Shown here: positions 59,250 to 64,000 of the stretch, in pieces
Layout: each line of letters starts with the position of its first letter
Position numbering within the stretch: the stretch's first letter is position 1
Assembly: GCA_028826165.1 (NCBI GenBank)
Contig: JAPDFW010000085.1
Location: 186,001-250,000, forward strand
Length of the DNA: 64,000 nucleotides
Source: Anaeramoeba ignava BMAN
Taxonomy: Eukaryota; Protista; Anaeramoebae
Reading direction: 5' to 3'
Notes under the pieces: model-generated
What the model was told of the DNA's origin: nothing
Database searches by the model: none
Seen by the model: the letters and a program-made list of their open reading frames with translations, nothing else
Program-made: the position numbers and the translations under genes

Positions 59250-59430
59250 CCTTTGGATGTTTTTTAGTTATGATTTATTTTTTTTTAAAAAAAATAAAAA
59301 AAGTGATTTTTAATTTTTTTTTTTTTAATTTTTTTTTTATTTTCTAAATTAAATAATATGACGTAAATATCATTTTTTTCTCCTTTCTTTTTAAATAAAT
59401 AAATAAAAATAAATAAATAAATAAATAAAA

Positions 59431-61623
59431 ATGATAAATAATTATAATTCCTTTTTACAAACTGATGATTTACCTCAAGTTAATATTTCTATTTCTATTT
59501 CTATTTCTATTTCTATTTTTTATTATTTATTTTTAATTTAGAAAATTTTTAATGGTTTATTTATTGGTTCTATTGATGCTTCTGAAAATTTTAAAGCTTT
59601 AAAAGAAAATGAAATCACTCATATTCTTCAATTATTTTATTCTAACAAACCTCCCTATCCTAATGTAGGGATAAAAATTTCATTTTTAAATATTTTAAAT
59701 ACAATATTAAATATTTTAAATATAATACTAAATATTTTAAATATAATATCAAATATAATATTAAATATTTTAAATATTTTAAATATAATATTAAATATTT
59801 TAAATATAATATCAAATATAATATTAAATATTTTAAATATAATACTAAATATTTTAAATATTTTAAATATAATATTAAATATTTTAAATATAATATTAAA
59901 TATTTCATTAAATATAATATTAAATATTTTAAATATATTATTAAATATTTTAAATATAATATTAAATATTTTAAATATAATATTAAATATTTTAAATATA
60001 ATATTAAATATTTTAAATATATTATTAAATATTTTTTAAATATAATATTAAATATTTTAAATATATTATTAAATATTTTAAATATATTATTAAATATTAT
60101 ATTAAATATTTTAAATATATTATTAAATATTTTTAAATATAATATTAAATATTTTAAATATAATATTAAATATATTTTAAAATATAATATTAAATATTTT
60201 TAAATATAATATTAAATATAATAATAAATATAATATTAAATATTTTAAATATAATATTAAATATTTTAAATATAATATTAAATATTTTTAAATATATTAT
60301 TAAAATATTTTAAATATAATATTAAAAATATTTTAATAAATATAATATTAATTATAATTTTAAATATAATTTTAAATATTTTAATAAATATAATATTAAT
60401 TATAATTTTAAAATATTTTAAATATAATATTAAATATTTCAAAATATAATATTAAATATTTTTAATAAATATTTTAATAAAATAATATTAAATATAATAT
60501 TTAAATATTTTTAAATATAATATCAAATATTTTAAATATAATATTAAATATTTTTAAATATAATATTAAATATTTTAAATATAATATTAAATATTATATT
60601 AAATATTTTAAATATATTATTAAATATTTTAAATATAATATTAAATATTTTAAATATAATATTAAATATTTTAAATATATTATTAAATATTTTAAATATA
60701 TTATTAAATATTTTAAATATAATATTAAATATTTTAAATATAATATTAAATATTTTAAATATAATATTAAATATTTTTTAAATATAATATTAAATATTTT
60801 AAAATATAATATTAAATATTTTTAAAATATAATATTAAATATTTTAAAATATAATATTAAATATTTTAAAATATAATATTAAATATTTTTAAATATAATA
60901 TTAAATATTTCATTAAATATTTTTAAATATAATATTAAATATAATATTAAATATAATATTAAATATTTTTAAATATAATATTAAATATTTTAATAAATAT
61001 AATATTAAATATTCCAAATATAATATTAAATATTTTAAAATATAATATTAAATATTTCATTAAATATTCTAAATATAATATTAAATATTCTAAATATAAT
61101 ATTAAATATTTCAAATATAATAATAAATATTTTAAATATTTTAAATATTTTAAATATAATATTAAATATTTTAATAAATATAATATTAAATATTTTAAAT
61201 ATAATATTAAATATTTTAAATATAATACTAAATATTTTAAATATAATATTAAATATTTCATTAAATATAATATTAAATATAATATTAAATATTTCAAATA
61301 TAATATAATTTAAATAGGATTTTAAATATCTAATTCTCGATATGCAAGATTCTAGTCAAGAAGATTTATCAAAATTCCTTCCTAAATGTTTTGAATTCTA
61401 TGATTCTGCTCAAAATTCTCAAGGAAACCTTCTTGTTCATTGTGTAGCTGGAGTTTCTCGTTCAGGTGCTGTTTCTACAGCAATTGTAATGCGTGAACTT
61501 GGATTAGGTTTTGATCAAGCTTTTGATTTAGTTAAATCAAAAAGACCTGTTATTCATCCAAATGTTGGTTTTTCCCAACAATTAAATCATTGGGGATTTA
61601 AAGAAGCAATGAAAAATCAATAA
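59431..61623 (+). CDS. Atypical dual-specificity protein phosphatase, 3 exons (long intron 59665-61317)
   Basis: PQ|KIFNGLFIGS...LKENEITHIL; catalytic LVHCVAGVSRSG; KRPVIHPNVGF. Confidence 0.93.
59680..61310. repeat. Intronic satellite, about 21-bp unit AATATAATATTAAATATTTTA
   Basis: Fills DUSP intron 2. Confidence 0.9.
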
Positions 61624-61846
61624 ATTTAAAATTCAATTTATTTTTTTTTTTTGATTCTTTTATTGTAATTTATTTTGAAGAAAATCTCAATTTTAGCTTA
61701 ATTAATAAAAAAAATGCTAAAATTAATCCAAAAAATACTATTTCTTGAATAAAAAGAATAATAATTTTTTTAAAAAAATTTTTAAAATGATAAATTGATT
61801 TTTTTGAGAAATAAAGTTGAAAATATCTAAATATTTTTATATTTTC

Positions 61847-62513
61847 TTATTTATCTGAATCTGAATTTGAATTTGAATCTGAATTTGAATTTGAATTTTC
61901 TTTTTCTTTTTCATCTTCAATTTTAATTTCTTTTTCATCTTCATTTTCATTTTCATTTTTATTTTCATTTTCATTTTCATTTTCATTTTCATTTTCATTT
62001 AAATTTGTATTGCTATTATTTTGATCTTTCTTCTTTTTTGATCTTTTTTCTTTTTTGATCTTTTTTCTTTTTGTATTTTTTTCATTTTTTTCATTTTTCA
62101 TTTTTAGATTTTTCATCTTCAACTTGATCATTTTCAATCAAAGAATCACGAACAGGATCATAACCAAATTTTCTTAAATGAACAGTTAAAAATAAATTAA
62201 ACTCTTGAGAATTGCCAAGAAATGAAAAATCTCCACCAAGATCAATATCTGCATGTTTTGAATTAGGGAAAAATTTTTTTGTTTCTTCAATCATTTCTTG
62301 TGTATAAATATGACCATCTAAAGCCTGAAAAAAATAAACGGAATAAATAATTTTTTTCTTTTCTTTTTTTTTTGTAAATTTGATTTATATTTATACATGT
62401 AAAAAAGTTATATTTTTAGGTTTAAGTTTTTCTGGATGAACTGTTTTTGTATGTGTAATTAATTGAAGTAGAGAAACGATTGAGTCTCTTGTTTGGGATT
62501 CAATTTGATCAAC
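61847..62513 (-). CDS. SPG21: 3' exons of maspardin (SPG21)-like alpha/beta hydrolase-fold protein; 5' part lies beyond the window
   Basis: VDQIESQTRDSIVSLLQL...ITFLH|ALDG...KKFFPNSKHADIDLGGDFSFLGNSQEFNLFLTVHLRKFG. The stop is either at 62091 or, if a homopolymer is mis-called, at 61847. Confidence 0.8.
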
Positions 62514-62529
62514 CTAAAGTAATTAATTT

Positions 62530-64000
62530 ATATTTAATTTGATTTAAAATTTGATTTAAAATTTGATTTAAAATTTGATTTAAAATTTGATTTAAAATTT
62601 AATTTAATAGTTGATTTAAAATTTGATTTAAAAATTGATTTAAAATTTGATTTAAAATTTGATTTAAAATTGATTTAAAATTTGATTTAAAATTTGATTT
62701 AAAATTTGATTTAAAATTTAATTTAAAATTTGATTTAAAATTTGATTTAAAATTTAATTTAAAATTTGATTTAAAATTTGATTTAAAATTTAATTTAAAA
62801 TTTAATTTAAAAATTGATTTAAAATTTGATTTAAAATTGATTTAAAATTTGATTTAAAATTTGATTTAAAATTTAATTTAAAATTTGATTTAATATTTGA
62901 TTTAATATTTGATTTAAAATTTGATTTAAAATTTGATTTAAAATTTGATTTAAAATTTAATTTAAAAATTGATTTAAAAATTGATTTAAAATTTAATTTA
63001 AAATTTGATTTAAAATTTGATTTAATATTTGATTTAAAATTTGATTTAATATTTGATTTAAAATTTGATTTAAAATTTAATTTAAAATTTGATTTAAAAT
63101 TTAATTTAAAAATTGATTTAAAAATTGATTTAAAATTGATTTAAAATTTGATTTTAAAATTTGATTTAAAATTAAATTTAAAATTTAATTTAAAATTTGA
63201 TTTAAAATTTGATTTAATATTTGATTTAAAATTTGATTTAAAATTTAATTTAAAAATTGATTTAAAATTTGATTTAATATTTGATTTAAAATTTAATTTA
63301 AAATTTGATTTAATATTTGATTTAAAATTTAATTTAAAATTTGATTTAAAATTTGATTTAAAATTTAATTTAAAATTTGATTTAAAATTTGATTTAAAAT
63401 TTAATTTAAAAATTGATTTAATAGTTGATTTAAAATTTGATTTAAAATTTATATTTAAAAATTGATTTAAAATTTGATTTAAAATTTGATTTAAAATTTG
63501 ATTTAAAAATTTGATTTAAAATTTGATTTAAAATTTGATTTAAAATTTGATTTAAAATTTGATTTAAAATTTGATTTAAAATTTAATTTAATAGTTGATT
63601 TAAAATTTGATTTAAAAATTGATTTAAAATTGATTTAAAATTTGATTTAAAATTTGATTTAAAATTTAATTTAATATTTGATTTAAAAATTGATTTAAAA
63701 TTTGATTTAATATTTGATTTAAAATTGATTTAAAATTTGATTTAAAATTTGATTTAAAATTTATATTTAAAAATTGATTTAAAATTTGATTTAAAATTTG
63801 ATTTAAAATTTGATTTAAAATTTGATTTAAAATTTGATTTAAAATTTGATTTAAAATTTAATTTAAAAATTGATTTAAAAATTGATTTAAAATTTAATTT
63901 AAAATTTGATTTAAAATTTGATTTAATATTTGATTTAAAATTTGATTTAAATTTAATTTAAAAATTGATTTAAAATTTAATTTAAAATTTGATTTAAAAT
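62530..64000. repeat. Intronic 12-bp satellite AAATTTGATTTA
   Basis: Follows the minus-strand acceptor at 62514-62515 and runs to the window end. Confidence 0.92.

Noticed and set aside
12187-63465. Dozens of low-complexity ORFs (poly-IL, DF, KI, NNIL, KLLY, IIKL, KYL, KFDL)
   Set aside because: They are translations of stop-free frames in intronic or intergenic microsatellites, or the antisense of poly-NQ exons.
1-64000. tRNA, rRNA, snRNA genes or telomeric repeats; alternative genetic code
   Set aside because: No such structured RNA or G-rich telomere tract was recognised by eye, and conserved genes translate and terminate normally with the standard code.

Overview
Extremely AT-rich, gene-dense, intron-containing eukaryotic nuclear DNA with a standard genetic code and GT-AG introns. 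Base composition and gene content (RCC1-BTB, kelch-BTB, myristoylated PAS, nitroreductase, poly-NQ tracts) suggest an anaerobic protist, plausibly Anaeramoeba; that identification is inference only. I could hand-splice about 22 protein genes: a coiled-coil fragment, an ankyrin protein, a poly-NQ protein, SMCR8-like, importin-alpha, TRAX, an AzgA-type purine permease, SLC12A9-like, RCC1-BTB, three tandem ML/NPC2 genes, a tandem-BRCT protein, MED17, a nitroreductase, kelch-BTB, U2A', IMP3, PAS-GAF, a UBC-LRR-RRM protein, a DUSP and the 3' part of maspardin. Most ORFs in the supplied track are artefacts of simple repeats. Best observations: (1) two 3-nt single-codon microexons that each restore the 33-aa ankyrin period, plus a frame-essential 7-nt microexon in the next gene; (2) a decayed pogo-like DDE element with TIRs and TA flanks inside an AzgA intron; (3) a myristoylated PAS protein fused to a prokaryote-type GAF with no output domain; (4) a large pseudo-E2-LRR-RRM protein with catalytic Cys replaced by Ser; (5) long introns each filled by a private microsatellite, with the AAAATC hexamer always on the sense strand; (6) GC rising with distance from exon edges; (7) tandem TCATTTT initiator-like arrays before most start codons; (8) a 5-kb, about 144-bp satellite; (9) conserved non-coding elements around the NPC2 triplet.
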